A stretch of 64,000 bases of DNA from Ginglymostoma cirratum (taxonomy: Eukaryota), in assembly GCA_024137785.1 (NCBI GenBank), contig JAHRHZ010000139.1, positions 35,659,438 to 35,723,437 on the forward strand, given 5' to 3'. A model generated the notes under the pieces. It was not told the DNA's origin, did not search any database, and worked only from the letters and a program-made list of their open reading frames with translations. This document shows, one piece after another, positions 1 to 13,327 of this stretch. A program made the position numbers and the translations under genes. Each line of letters starts with the position of its first letter. Positions within the stretch are counted from its first letter, which is position 1.

Positions 1-21
1 AAGGAGACTCAAAGACATGTT

Positions 22-1086
22 GGGTTTGTGGCAGAGTGGTTGTGTCCCTACCTCTGATCCAGGAGGCCTGAGTTTAAATCCCATCTACTCCAGTGGTGTG
101 TCATAACATCTCCGATACAGGTTGGTTAGGAAAGATAAAGCAGACCCACAGGCCTAGTGGTGCATAAATAGTGTTCCTGCCTCTGAGCCGGGAAACCCAG
201 GTTCAGGTCCCACCATCTCCAGAATGTGTAATAACTTCATAGAATTCCTACTGTGAAAACACATCGAGCCTGCACAAACCCACTGAAGAGAATCCCACCC
301 AGACTCACCACATTACCCTATCCCTGTAACCTCACATTTATCATGGCTCATCCACCTAGCCTGCACATCCCTGTACACTATGGACAACTTAGCATGATCA
401 ATCCACATAAGCTGCACATCTCTGGACTGTGGGAGGAAACTGGAGCATCTGGAAGAAATGCAGACATGAGGACAATGTACAGCCTTCACACAGACAGCCA
501 TCCAAGTGTATAATCGAGCCTGGGTCCCTGTACATCCCTTAACAGGCTGATTACGAAAATATAGTAAAGCAGCCCTAGTTTTGGTCGTGTGTGATGATAC
601 AGCTAGATATAAAATGATAAACAGACCTGGGACCTTCTGTCGTGCAGTGATAATGTCTTTATCTTTGGGCCAGGAAGGCCTGTGTTGAAGTTCCTCGTCC
701 TTCAGATGTAGTGTAATATCTCTGAACAGGTTAATTAGGAAAATGTGGATTGTGGAATTGAGAATTGAATGAGTAAAATGCAATGGTTGAAATTTTAAAT
801 TAAAAATGTATATCTGTGGGGCTGGGGGTGCTTTTACGGTGTCCCTACCTCTGAGCTAGGAGGTCTCGGTTCAAATGCCACCTACTTCAGGGTGTGTAAT
901 AACATCTCTGAACAGACTGATTTAGTTTTATAAGAAATGAAGCAGACCCAGAGGGTTCTTATGGAATAGTAGTAGCATCCCTGCCTCTGGAGCAAGAGGA
1001 CCTGGTTTAAGGCCCACCTACCCCATAAGATAATACCTCTGAACAGGTTGATTAGAAAATGTAAAAGAATTACAAAGCAGACCCAG
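22..1086 (+). repeat. Diverged tandem array of about five short tRNA-derived SINE-like units
   Basis: Recurrent unit gtggcNNagtggt..gtccctacctctgagcc..ggttca(a/g)..cccac..tgtgtaataacatctctgaacaggttgattag at ~23, ~150, ~630, ~820, ~952, separated by aagcagaccc-like linkers. A-box and B-box-like motifs present. Confidence 0.75.
238..540 (-). mobile_element. HE1/V-SINE-type tRNA-derived SINE inserted into array unit 2
   Basis: ccacctagcctgcacatccctgtacactatggacaacttagcatg..ctgcacatctctggactgtgggaggaaactggagca; same family as the copies at 42002, 48066 and 56878. Confidence 0.85.
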
Positions 1087-2003
1087 CCCTTTCCCAGTCT
1101 CCCTACTTCACCTTCACTTTTGATGGTTCACATTATCGGTAGGGCATTGCACTTAAATTTCCAATTGGCGACACGGGTGATTTACTGGTGGCAGCCAATA
1201 ATGTAAAAACAAAAGAAAAAATCATAGTGATTTGGTGGTGGGAAGGCTGTTTGGTTGTGTGTGATAATGCTTCTGAAAACTTTAAGATAAGCAGGCTCAG
1301 GGATGGATCTGCAGAAGTCTCTGTAACCTAAGCTCCCCATAAGTATTGGCTCTATTTTAGTGTTCAACTATAAACAATGTTCCTTTCCAGTCAGGCTTCC
1401 TGAGTTATAGTTTGGTAATCGATTCCAGCAAAATGTTTTGTCTTCTAGCCGAGTACCTTTTCCCTCACAACTTTCCTCTCGTACAATTTTACAAATTTCA
1501 CTCATTACCATCCTATCTCTCATGTTCCCTGGAGAAATTTTACAGTCCAATAGAATACAATACTAACATGACAGCTTTAAAGAATAAATCAAATATTTCT
1601 ACTTTATTCCAGGCATTAACATTTTTTACACGGTTACACTTTGTTTTAGAGGACGTTTTGTTTTTCCTCTAAAGTAACTCAATAAATTATGCTGCACTTT
1701 TTGTATCTCAAAATCGTCCCAAATTTTAAAAAAAAGTGTTGTTGCTGACATTGTTCCTTTAATATTTAATTTATTTCTCTTTAAAAGAAACAAATATTCC
1801 AAACTCATATGCACAGATATCATTGACACTGTGAATGAATGCATTTGTATTGTTTTCTGATTATTTAAATTTCATGTGACCATTTTCTTTAAATAATGTA
1901 AAATATGACTTCAATGAACCTTAATTTCTGGAGCCCAGGCTTTGAAATATTTGATAGTCAATATTTAATGTGTCTAAAAAATTTCTCCTCTTCTCAAACA
2001 CTT

Positions 2004-2815
2004 TGGCCCAGATTTTCCATTTGCCAGACCTTTGTTATTCCACTATAGTTAGGGTTGTTCAAGGAGACCTGGCAGAATGCCCAATGTAGCCGTTAATTCC
2101 TTTATGCCTGAAGCCCTCCAAAAGTTTCCTTAAAAATCAGAGACATCGAAAGGTTCTGATGAAATTAAGTAGAATTGTTATTTAAGGGAAGTTAAATGAT
2201 TAAATATATAATTTAAATCCTAAGCAGGTATTAATCAAAACTCATACTTCACACCCCCAAATACACTTTCCCCAGAAATCATATAGGACCCAGACGCCCC
2301 TGACCCAGGATCAACAGTCCCCATCCCCAGGACCTGATTCACCCTCTGGGGACCTGACACCCGCACCCTCATTCCCCCCATAACCTCGGTCAGATGAGAT
2401 ACCTCACCACACCCCTGCACTGCCGCCAATGCTGGACCTGACCCCACTTCTGAAAGCACCCAGCTACCCCTCCCCCCCAACCACCCCCACAAAGGGCAAC
2501 ACAGGACCTGATCCCCACCCTGCATACCATCACCCTGGTCTGCAAAACCAAAACACTCCCCAACGCCATTAGAGCTGACTCCAACAGCACTCTCCAGCCC
2601 CTTTCCAACACTGTTGTCAGACACCACTCCAATCTGACACTCCTGACAGTGGATATCCCAGCCCTACCCCCTCAGCTGGACAGGACGTGACCTGCAGCCC
2701 CTGCCCCCACCCTTAATGAATCCACCCCTCACACTGTACTGCCAGTACTGAACGCCCAAGATCAGACAACTGTCCTCCTGGCCCTACTCCCTTGAACCCT
2801 TTCCTCCAGCTCTAG
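2004..2815. mobile_element. Non-autonomous DNA transposon/MITE-like remnant
   Basis: Begins ggcccagattttccatttgcca, resembling the reverse complement of the terminus at 20632-20653. C-rich interior mirrors the G-rich interior of 19669-20653. Confidence 0.5.
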
Positions 2816-4607
2816 ACAAAGGTCATATGCTTTGCTTATTGTGAACAAGAGAAACATCCATCCCCTGTTACATTGCTGTTTGTATCAAACTCTTTGACAC
2901 TTACTTTCTCATATTATAGAACATATCTTCAGACAGTTTTCTTTCTAAATTACCCTTCCAATGTTTAAAGATGTCAAGCTGTTTTTTTTTCTAAAGTACC
3001 AATTCATGCAACTAAACATTGAACATGAACATATCCTATCATCCAGAATTAAATGTTCACCCATATGTTAAAGAATATTTGGAATTCACTCCAGCCAGAA
3101 AATGACAAGTCAATTTGAAACTCAATCTTAATAATTCCGAAATGAAACATTTATCTAAAACATTTTTTCTTAAATCAAACAAAAGTCAGAACAATTACTG
3201 CTTTTTATTAACAAGAGAGAGGAAATAAATTACATCTGTCTGACTCTTCTTTCTTCAATTGGCTTTCAAATGACGGTAATTTAAGAACTGAAGAAGAGCT
3301 GAATTTTCACAAGAAAACCTTTAACATTCTGACTCCAAACAAAAGTTACATAGTAACCTTTCACAGTCATTTGTGACTCCTAGAGAGTTGCAATGTTACA
3401 ACTGGAGAATCCTTTAATTAATGCGCATTTTACAGTCACTATCTTTTCTTCAATCTGGGACAGTTGTTACAACAGAACAAAATCCCAACACTAATTACTC
3501 CACATTGATACACAACTTAAGTTTATGTGTTATTAAATTGATGCAGGGAAACTCAATAATCACATCCGTATTTTCATATCTCCGTGGACTCCAGGAATTT
3601 GTATTCCTATAATGGGTTATAAACTCAAAGTGCAAATTGCGTCCTCAGATCACGAGCACTAAGGGGAGAAAAATGCAAAATGAAGCTTAAACCAGTTTAG
3701 AATTACTATCATTGTACCAATACATATTAAACAACATTTAACAAGTAAACTTTAAAACAGCATGCAAGACCTGGCCTTGAAGCATAAACATTGAGCTCCG
3801 TGATTTGCAGATACTCAAATAAATATTATTAAAATAGAAAAGGTTCATGTCCAAATAAAATACACCCACCAAGCTTCTCACATTCAGGCACAGGTTTCTT
3901 GTTTATGTTATTTTTAACAAAGCATCTTAAAGGTCACTGTTTGCCTTCCAATTTACTTTCTCACTTTCTATGAATCACTTTCTTTAAAACTGAAATTTTC
4001 TCTTTTGCGTCTCGACCTGAGTTATGGTTTGGTGGGAGTGAGGAGCACAGAATGTTTTGCTTCGTAGTCAGACACACAAGCAGCTGAAACAGGAACTAGC
4101 TTCCTCTAATCTCAGCAATCAGTATTACCTGTTACCTGTCTTCATAAATATCTGCTTCCCAGTGAGGTTAGTTCACTGCTTCTCTAACACAGCTTAGGTA
4201 TCACACAACTCCCGTGCAGCCTCGCATTTGTCTTTTCACTTACTGTAAACTTCTTGCCTGAACTGCTGTATCTCAATTAAAGTAGCTTCTTTATACAGAT
4301 TGGATGTACTTTGTGTTCCATTATTGGTACCGACTGACTCAACACTAAACGATGGACTTGTCTCTTTAAATCTTCCATCTCCTGATCTTCTTCCTGCAGT
4401 TTTCTATTTCCTGAGTCAGTCTGACGTCTTGAATGGCACATATTGAGGTAACACTTGACAAAATTATTCTTTTTTTTTCTCTTTCCTTTTTGCCTTTTTA
4501 TCCCACTGTTCCTTATGCTAGTCTGGAGCCCACGACAGATCCGTCTTCCTTAGTCAATTTGCTTAGGACCTTCTTATTTTTATCTGTCAAGAATTCAATG
4601 AATGACT

Positions 4608-4940
4608 GAAAAGAAAAATTGCTGGAGATCAGAGCCAGTCAGGCAACATCCATGGAGAGAGAGCAAACTAATGTTTCGAGTCTAGATAACTCTTCATCAG
4701 AGCCAAAGTGAAGTGTGAAGGGGGCAGCATTTACGCAATAGTTTTGGAGGGGGTGGGGTTGGAGTGCTGGGCGAGAAAAGATGTAGATAGTTCAGGTTAT
4801 GTCATCGGAATGTGAGAATGAAGGAACAACGGTGTGTCTAACTGCCAGGCTGGGAAGTTGGGGGGAGGAGAGAGACGGCATGGTAACAGCGAATGTAACA
4901 AGCAAAGCTAAAAGAAAGCGGGAGGGGGAATGGGTTCACA
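4608..4940 (-). mobile_element. Penelope-like element 3' end with hammerhead core
   Basis: Minus strand ctgatga-agagttatctagactc-gaaac at 4700-4673, followed by the ctctctctccatggatgttgcctgactggctctga tail, similar to the Penelope ends at ~8480 and ~55000. Confidence 0.7.
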
Positions 4941-5244
4941 ATTGTCCTCGTGTACCCATTTATCTGTCCTCGGTATGCTGCAATGCTCCAGTGAATCACA
5001 GCAAAGACAGGAAGACCAATATCCCATCTTCAAACCAGGCACTTTACAACCTTCTGGGCTCAACATCAAGTTCAACACCTTCAAATCGTGAACCCATTAA
5101 TATGTACTACTACTGTTCCAACTGTTGCCACATTTGCTCTTGACACTCTTTCATACAATTCTTAAATTTATGTTGGTGCTCATTCTGAGTTCAACACGAG
5201 TGTCAGGGATATCAGAGAAGCTCAACTGCACTGTGGATTTTGCC

Positions 5245-5450
5245 TCATGTATCAAAACTCTCCAGGGTTAGAAAGTATTGACATAACTGTACTCGCTGAG
5301 TATTTGCAGCATTTCCTTTTTGTGTGGGAAATGGACAGTCAGAGTGATGGCACAGATATGTGTTCAGAAATTTATGTTGGAGGTCAGATATCATACCAAG
5401 GTTGTGAACAATGAGCAAAGCGAGTGATGTGCCAGGTTTCCTCATGTTTT
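5245..5450 (-). mobile_element. Old L2-type LINE RT fragment
   Basis: Peptide VHNLGMISDLQHKF resembles the L2/CR1-group VRNLGVIFD..LSF motif; highly decayed. Confidence 0.35.
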
Positions 5451-7127
5451 ACTGATGAACAGATGCCTTAGGATTGGCCTTAGGATCACCAGCTGGTCAG
5501 CTATCACGATTGATGAATACTTTGCTGTGAAGTGTCGGAAATCCTCAAGTGATCTTCACTGGTACAGTTAATCATTTCTATTGTATCAATCTGTAGACAA
5601 TATCATTCTTTTAAATGTAATTCTCTACTTTATTGCAGTAGGACACTCAAAGTAATTTACATGTGCTAATTTCCAGACATTATTTTTCCTTTGCAGCTGC
5701 ACATCATCAAGCCCACTTTAGCATTTTTCTGCACGAGTACACCTCATGATCTTTGAAGTATTCTTCCCACAGGCTACGAGCTTTGTCTGGGTTTTATCCT
5801 GCACTATATTTGTTATTCCCTTCAGCAAGGAGAGAGTGTTTCAGGTCTAACCCTCATCAGTCTAATTAATGCTCTCTGGAGCATGTAATACATTTATATG
5901 ATTGGCACAAAAACGCCAGTGTTTAATATATGCAAATTGTGAGTTAGATAATGATTTGAAATCATCTAAATCCAATGTGTCACTTTATTTGTGTCAAGAT
6001 GAGAGAGGGGAAGAAATTCAAGCTTTATGTACCTCAAAGAACATGTCCTAGTGACTTCTTACAATCCTTTCAGTTAGCTTCAGCACCAGAAAATGCTAAG
6101 GGAGAATGAATAACAATGAATTTCTTATTCTGCATGTGATTTAACCCCTGCAGTGTCGATCCATTGCTTGTGAGATCAAAGTAACTAGGGTAACAAAGTA
6201 ACTAGCCTGGACCCACAGTTATCAAGATCTCTGCACTTATGTTGGAATGTCACCTTTATTCGCAGCAGTGTGCATGTTACCTGCATCACAAGTCCATCAT
6301 CAGCAAAGGACCCACGGCACCTCATAAACTGCTCAGCACTTACAGAACATTTTCTTCTGAATTAAATTAGCAATTATGATGAGCAGCCATTTAAATGTTT
6401 CAGACAGAAATTCTATTAAGATCAGTTCTTTTCAAGCAACGCATTTTAGTGATATAGAAGTAATTTCCTTTCAAATCATTGGTTGCAGGCTGATTTTAAA
6501 GCCCAGGAATAGGAGGCACAATGTTGCTAAAGTTTTAACAGTGGTACATGTGATTTTCTGGGAAAAATAATCTTTCACATTTTTTGGGCTGCAATGTTTG
6601 ATATCATAACTGTGGGAATTTAAATGATGCATATTGTGTAATAAATGAGCTAAAACATTAAAAAATATTCCAGTCATATCTGAAAACATTTTGTTCCCAC
6701 CTCATGTTACTTATTATTCCATTAGAATATGTTCTTTACAGTGAATTGAATGTAGAGATTGTCTGCAAGTAAATGCATTGGCTTTCAAATGGTTTGAATG
6801 AACATTAAACGTTTAGCTAATTATAGCATTCCTTTATGAGTCTTGGATGCTTACAAAAGGTTAGCTTTTAGAAGTTTTTAACCACTGCTCACAGTATCCA
6901 CAATATGTAAAGAAACAATTTCCATTTGGATTTACTGATAAAGAAGACATGCTGATCAAATAAATTGCTATATGCTGTGCACTCATCATTGGGAAAATAG
7001 GATATATTACCTGTCTTGAAGTTTATTCCAAGTATTATAATTGTTTAGCTCATAATCATAAAAATAAATTTAAAATGTTGGCACTCATGTAAAATAGCAA
7101 TGTTATTATGGAAACATGTCTTAAAAA

Positions 7128-7493
7128 GGGAGGTAATGGCCTAGTGGTATTATCGCTGGACTGTTAATCCAGAGACCCAGAAAATATTCTGAGGACCCGG
7201 GTTCAAATGTTGCCACAGCAGATGGAGGAATTTGAATGCAACAAAAAAAAAATCTGGAATTAAAAATCTAATGATGACCATGAATCCATTGCCAATTGTT
7301 GGGAAAAACCCATATGGTTCACTGATATACTTTAGGGAAGGAAACTGCCATCATTGCCAGGTCTGGCCTACATGTGACTCCAGACCCACAGCAATGTGGT
7401 TGACTCTTAACTGCCCTCTGGGCAATTAGGGGTGGGCAATAAATGCTGTCTAGCCAGTGATGCCCTCATCCCGTGAATGAATAAAGGAAAAAA
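7128..7493 (+). mobile_element. tRNA-derived SINE sharing both ends with the LINE at 27207-30390 (subfamily A)
   Basis: Head gggaggtaatggcctagtggtattat...ggttcaaat; body tttagggaaggaaactgcc...ccagacccacagcaatgtggttgactc; tail ggcaattaggggtgggcaataaatgctg...tgaatgaataaa. Confidence 0.85.
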
Positions 7494-7642
7494 ATCTGAC
7501 AGCTTTAGAAATGAACCAAGACACTACACAGCCTACTGGCATTTTCATGTCGTTAAGTTTGTGCTGCAATGTGTTATTTTGAATCGCTCTTTAAACAATA
7601 CATAAAAATGAAAACTGGAGGGGAGGGGAATATGCCACCAGC

Positions 7643-8570
7643 ACGCCATTTCCACCACTTCCAGCGAGATGCCACCACCAGACACGTATTCCCCAACCCT
7701 CCCTTGTCCGCCTTCCGCAGGGACCGTTCCCTCATGGACACCCTGGTCCACACTTCCTGCACCCCCAACACCACAGCCCTATAGCACCTTACCCTGTAAC
7801 CAGCGAAGGTGCAACACCTGCCCATTTACCTCCTCCCTCCCCAGTATCCAAGGACCAAAACATACCTTCCAGGTGAAGCAACACTTCACCTGCACTTCCC
7901 AGAATCTAGTCTACTGCATTCGCTGCTCACAATGTGGTCTCCTCTACATTGGGGAAGCAAAGCGTAGACTTGAAGACCGTTTCGCAGAACATCTATGTTC
8001 TGTTCGTAAAAAAGACCCTGAACTATCTGTTGCCTGCTATTTCAACACACCACCCTGCTCCTTAGCCAACATTTCTGTCTCTGGCTTGCTGCAGTGTTCC
8101 AGTGGAGCCCAATGCAAGCTGGAGGAACAACAGCTCAATTTTCCACTTGGGGACCCTACAGCCCTCCAGACTCAACATTAAGTTCAATAATTTTAGGGCC
8201 TAAACTCTCCCATGTCCCAGCCCCCTACCCCACACACCAGGCCTTGTTATCATATAGCCTGCTATTACACACCCTCTTGTTGTTAGTCACCCCCTGTTGT
8301 TAGTCACTAACAGTTCCCATTTACAACTGTTCACCCTCCCAGCCTGATCTTTAGTAACTCCTTTGTCTGTCCAACTGTCTTTCTCTCTCTTTGGGCTCCA
8401 TCCTAATGTTTACTCCCTATCCCACACACCTCCCTATTTTCTGCATATAAACTGACGTTTTCCCAGCCACCATCAGTTCTGAGGAAGGGTCACCGGACCC
8501 GAAACATTAACTCTGTTTTTTCCTTCACTGATGCCGCCAGATCTGCTGAGCTTCTCCAGCAACTTTGTGT
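7643..8570 (+). mobile_element. Penelope-like retroelement, 5'-truncated (RT C-terminus + GIY-YIG endonuclease + 3' repeat)
   Basis: PCNQRRCNTC...FTCTSQNLVYCIRCSQCGLLYIGEAKRRLEDRFAEH is the Penelope GIY-YIG domain; frameshifted. 3' end carries ctgagga-agggtcaccggaccc-gaaac. Confidence 0.9.
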
Positions 8571-8759
8571 AGAAAGTCTCTAATGTTCCCATCATGCCAG
8601 CATGAACTATTACTCAGGACTCGACATTTAACCCTCAGAGGACTCTGCTGTAGATTCGGAAGCTGAGTCTTCATTTTTCTACCAATTAGTGATTCTGATG
8701 GTGATAAATATGTGCCAGGAAGTGAATAAAGCATTTGGAAAATCCAGGCAGAGATGTGC

Positions 8760-9290
8760 TGAGTGGGTGAGTTGGCAGCACAGAGCATGCAGGGTTAATG
8801 ATGTTGGGGGTTGAGGGAGGTGATAGTGACTGAGGGAAGATGTTGCAGGCAATAGTGAGAGTGGTAGAGCATGAGGGCTGGTGGGAGGTGGGTACAGTAG
8901 AGACACAGAGATAGAGTGAGATATTGGACAGAAGGTAATGACACTTACCCTGCTGGAGCAAAGAATGTCATTGACCTTCCTTCTACACTATTGGGCATTG
9001 TTCCAGACAGGCTGACCTGGCTAGCAACCTTGGGCCAGGCTGGTAGAGTCTGGTGTTGTGGCCTCCATTGCCAGTCCCGGCGGAAGAAACCATCTGTCTC
9101 TCTATACCACATCATCCACTAGGACCTCTGCAAAGGGAAGATGGAAGTGGGGCATAATGGCACTGGTGGATACCTTCAGCTTCTGCAACTGGCAGAATCA
9201 GGATGAGGGGGCAAATAGGGACATGATTGATACCTAATGGGATGGGTTTGGAACAATGGCACAAGAAAATTCATGAGGCCTTATAAAGAG
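8760..9290 (-). mobile_element. Harbinger-type transposon remnant with a decayed Myb/SANT-like exon
   Basis: Minus strand EVLVDDVV*R..WRPQHQTLPAWPKVASQVS..*CRRKVNDILCSSR followed by a gtaagt donor (+ cttac 8944-8948); homologous to 21500-21730 and 46830-47025. Confidence 0.6.
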
Positions 9291-9799
9291 AAATCTTGCA
9301 TGAAAATAAACAAAATTACACTTTCCACAATATTGTAACCTTCAACACACAATCTGACAAGCCAGGTTTCAATGTGGGATCTGGTATGTCCAGTATTACC
9401 ATCAGATGGGATCATAGCATAGAGAAATTTCAGGTGACCCCCTTTGATGATGCAATTTTCAGACAGGGTTTCAAACGAATACCCAACATTCTCCACTTGT
9501 TTAAATAATTAAAGTTAGTCTTTTGCTTGGTGTAGAACCACAATTTCTATTTTTATCAGGAATGAGTGCATGTTTTGCATGTTTCCTGGTTGTACCAGGT
9601 GGGAATTTTGTACAAAAGTCAGAGGAGAAGGATTACTTTTTCAAGCCACAAGAAACAACAGCAACTTGCTCTAGACCCATACATAACCACTTGATAAAAG
9701 GCGTGACCTGCTAGCTGGCTCCATTGAGCAGAGGCCAATTTTGCATTCTCCGAGAATGATAGAACTGCCAGGCAAACTGGCATTCGCAACTCACTGAAT

Positions 9800-12700
9800 C
9801 TGAAAATGGTTCAGGCCTCTCAGATATTCTCAGAAATAATACCTGGACCACAAACTTCGGCATTTAGGCAAAGGCAGATTAAGAAGCTCAATGTGCAGCT
9901 TGAGGGATGGTGCAGATGGGAGGGGTTTAGATATTTTGAGACATTCGGATTACTTTGGGAAAGGGGAAGTTGTTCAGAAGAGATGGGCTTCACCTGAGCA
10001 CAAAAGGACCTAATCCTCTGGTTGAGAGAGTAAATAGTGTAGTAGGGGTGGATTTAAACTTGTAAGGCAGGGAAGTTGACTAATGGGTCTAGTTTTGGAA
10101 GTACCAGAGAGAGAAAAAGAGAGAAGATGAGGAACTGGGTAAAGGAACTGAGGGAAGGCTTGAGTGTTGATAGTGAACGACAAAATGGTCTCCTTCCAAT
10201 GGGCAGGGAAAAGATAAAGGCATGGTTAAATTGTGTGTATGTAAATACCCAGCATATAGTGAACAAAACGGGGGAACTGGAAACAGAAATTGGTCTCGGG
10301 GATATGACATAGTTTCATTGTCAGAAACATAGCTCAAGCCAGAGTAGGACTGAATACTAAATATCCCGGGTTATAAAGCTTTTCATAAAAATGGAGGCAG
10401 GTTAGCACTGTTGGTCAAACATTATATCATTGTCTTTGAATGAAATGCAATTCCAAAATTAGGATCAATATGGTTGGAAGTGAGAAACTGGAAGGGAGCA
10501 GTGACCTTGTTGAGTAGTTATTATAAACCTCCATGTAGTAGAGTGGAAGTAGAAGAGAGCATTTATACAAAGAGTATGAGAACAAGTAGGGATGTGATTG
10601 TTGGTGATTTCAATTACCCAAGTGAAGACTGGCAGAAAAATAGAATGTGGGGCATTGAAGGGGAGAAATTCTTACAATTTGTGCAGGGCAACTTTCTGGA
10701 ACAGTACATTTCCAGTCCTAACAGGGACAGAGCTGTGCTGCATTTGGCCCTAGGAAATGAGGCAGGCCAAGTGGAGAATGCCAGAGTTGGGGAGCATTTG
10801 GGAACTAGCAATCATAACATAATAGGATTCGATATTATATTTGAAAAAGCATAAAAATCAATCACTGACTAAGACTCCAGACTGGAATAGGGCAGATTTT
10901 AGAATTGGAGCAGACTGATTGGAAACATATTTTGGTGGATAAAAAAAGTGGATGAAAGAATGGGAAAATTTCAAAGCAGTACATGCTAGATACATATCCA
11001 TGGGAAATAAATGTGAAATAGTCAAAGCTAGAGTCCCTGGATGACAAAAGATATTGATGAGAAAATAAGGAAGGAAAAAGAAGCGTTTCATGCATATCGG
11101 AGTAAAATAATTGAAATCAGGAAGAGTATCTCAAATGCAGGACAGAGGCTAAGGCTGGAATGAGAAAGGCTAAAAGCAAGCATGAGGAAAGGATGGCAGG
11201 GTGTAGTAAAACAAATCATAAAGTATTTTCCAAACATTGTAATGGAAATTAAGATTAGCGAAGAATAGAGTGTGTCCAATAAAGAACCAACAGAGTAAGT
11301 TGCTCACTGAAGCAAAGGGTATGGTAGAGGTACTAAATGAGCACTTTGCTTCTGTCTTCACTTAGTTAGAAAATGATGACAATGGCCAAGTTGAAAATGT
11401 GTGTGTTGAGCAACTGATCAGGCTAATGATAGTGAAAGGAAGGGTGCTGGAAAGGCTGGCAGCACTGCAAGTAGAGAATTCAACAGGATCGATGGGATGC
11501 ATCCCAAATTGCTGAGATAGAAAAAGGAGCAAATTGCAAGTATTTGATAGAAATTTTCCAGGCCTCTCTGAACATAGGATTAGCCCGGGGTGGGGGGTGG
11601 GGGGGGGGGGGGGGGGGGAGGTCGGGGGGTGGTGGCTGGAGGATTGCAAATTTGACACCATTATTTAAGAAAGGGGCAAAGGATAGTCCAGGAAACTACA
11701 GACCTGTCAACTTGATATCAATAATGGGAAAACTGATGGAGGCCGTAATACAGAATAGTGTAAATATACACTTGCAAAAAATAAGCTGATAATTGACTGT
11801 CAACATAGCTTTCCCAAGGGCAGGCTATGTCTGACAAATTTGATTGAGTTCTTTGACGAGATGACACAAGCAGTGGATGATGCTAATGGTGTAGATGTTA
11901 TATATTTGAACTTCCAGAAAGCATTTGATATGGTGTTAAATGGCAGGTTGATTAGCAAATTCGAAATGTTTGGGATCAGCGGGTCCTTGGCAGCATGGAT
12001 TAGAAGTTAGGTAAAAGAATGGAAACAGTGGGTAGGTATAGATGGGCATTTCTCAGATTGGAGACAAGTTGAAAGTGGTGCTCCCCAGGGATTGGTGTTG
12101 GGAACCTTGCATTTTCTGATTTTTGTAAACAATTTACAGACAGATATTGAGGGCAATATCTCTAAATTTGCAGGTGATACTAAGCTAGGAGTAGTGAATT
12201 GTGAAGATGATGCTGAGCAACTTCAGAGAGACATTGACAAATTGGTCAAATGGGCAGACATCTGCATTTCAATGCAGAGAAATGAGATAATGCATTTAAG
12301 TAGAAGAAATGCTGAGAGACAATACAGGTTCAATGGTACAAATTTGATGGGAGTTCAGGAGCAGAGTTCACGTGCATAATTCTGTAAAAGTGGCCAGGCA
12401 AGTTGAAATAATTGTTAAGAAGGCTAATAGGAATCTTGGGTTTATAAAGAGAGGCATGGAGTATAAAAGCAAGGAAGTGTTGTGACACTTCTACAAATCA
12501 TTGGTCAGACCACATTTGAAGTATTGTGTTCACTTCCGGACATTTTATATAAAGAAGCATGTTAAAGCCCTAGGGAGTGTAAAAAGGAGATATAGTAGAA
12601 TAATACCAGGAATGAGGGATTTCAGATACAGAAAAAGATTAAGGAAATGGTGCTTATTCTCCCTGGAGAAGAGAAGATTAAGAAGTGACCTTATCGAGGT

Positions 12701-13065
12701 GTTGAAAATTTATGAACAAATTTGACAGGACACAAAAGGATATTCTGTTTCCACCAGTTGATATGTCAGTAAATAAGGATCACAATTTCAAGATTGTCAG
12801 TACAGACCTCAGATTGAGATGAGGAGAAACTTCTTTACTCAGAGAGTTGTTAGGATTTGGAATGCGCTGCCTGGGAGAATGGTAGCGGCAGGTTCAATAG
12901 GTAATTTTCAAAAGAGAGCTGGATTATTATTTGAAAGTGATGAATTTAGAGGGCAATGGAGATAAGGCTGGAGAATGGTAAAAGTTGGTTAGGCTCTTTT
13001 GGGAGGCGGAACAGACGTAATGGGTCGAATGGCCTCCTTCTGTACTGTAAATTCCACAATTCTAT
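9800..13065 (+). mobile_element. CR1-type LINE, decayed; ORF1 esterase C-terminus + ORF2 (APE endonuclease-RT) + 3' tail
   Basis: ORF1 remnant KLNVQLEGWCRWEGFRYF..DGLHL; ORF2 LNCVYVN, VIVGDFNYP, PGNYRPVNL, GAPQGLVLG, SKFAGDTKL, LFSLEKRRLRSDLIEV; tail tgggtcgaatggcctccttctgtactgtaa. Many stops and frameshifts. Confidence 0.92.
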
Positions 13066-13327
13066 TTGATATTACAATGATCATTCTGTCCAAGAGTTTT
13101 TTCTTTCTAATATCACAAGTCAGATTTCCAGATCAGAGACAAATTGAATCAGCTGATGCAGTGCTTACAGTAAAACCAGGCTGGGCAAATTCAGGTGCAC
13201 AAACAAGAAAGTCTGTCCAACTGTTATTATGTATGAACTATAATGTGACCAGTTCCAGTTAGTATTTTTAGACAAAGGAGATAAAGATGTATAATTAAAA
13301 AGACACAATTGTATATGTCCTAATTAA

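Noticed and set aside
253-783. ORFs of 86 and 156 aa, and similar ORFs at 42101-42527, 50022-50384 and 56786-57010
   Set aside because: They are translations of HE1-type SINE sequence, not genes.
22-1086. Repeat-spacer appearance reminiscent of a CRISPR array or a functional tRNA cluster
   Set aside because: Eukaryotic context, units over 100 bp and diverged, no cas genes, no intact cloverleaf.
2235-2632. Gly/Val-rich minus-strand ORFs
   Set aside because: Product of low-complexity C-rich MITE-like interior.
3464-4589. Possible ~1.1 kb solo LTR (tgttac...tgtca)
   Set aside because: No TSD and no second copy in the window; not enough support to call.
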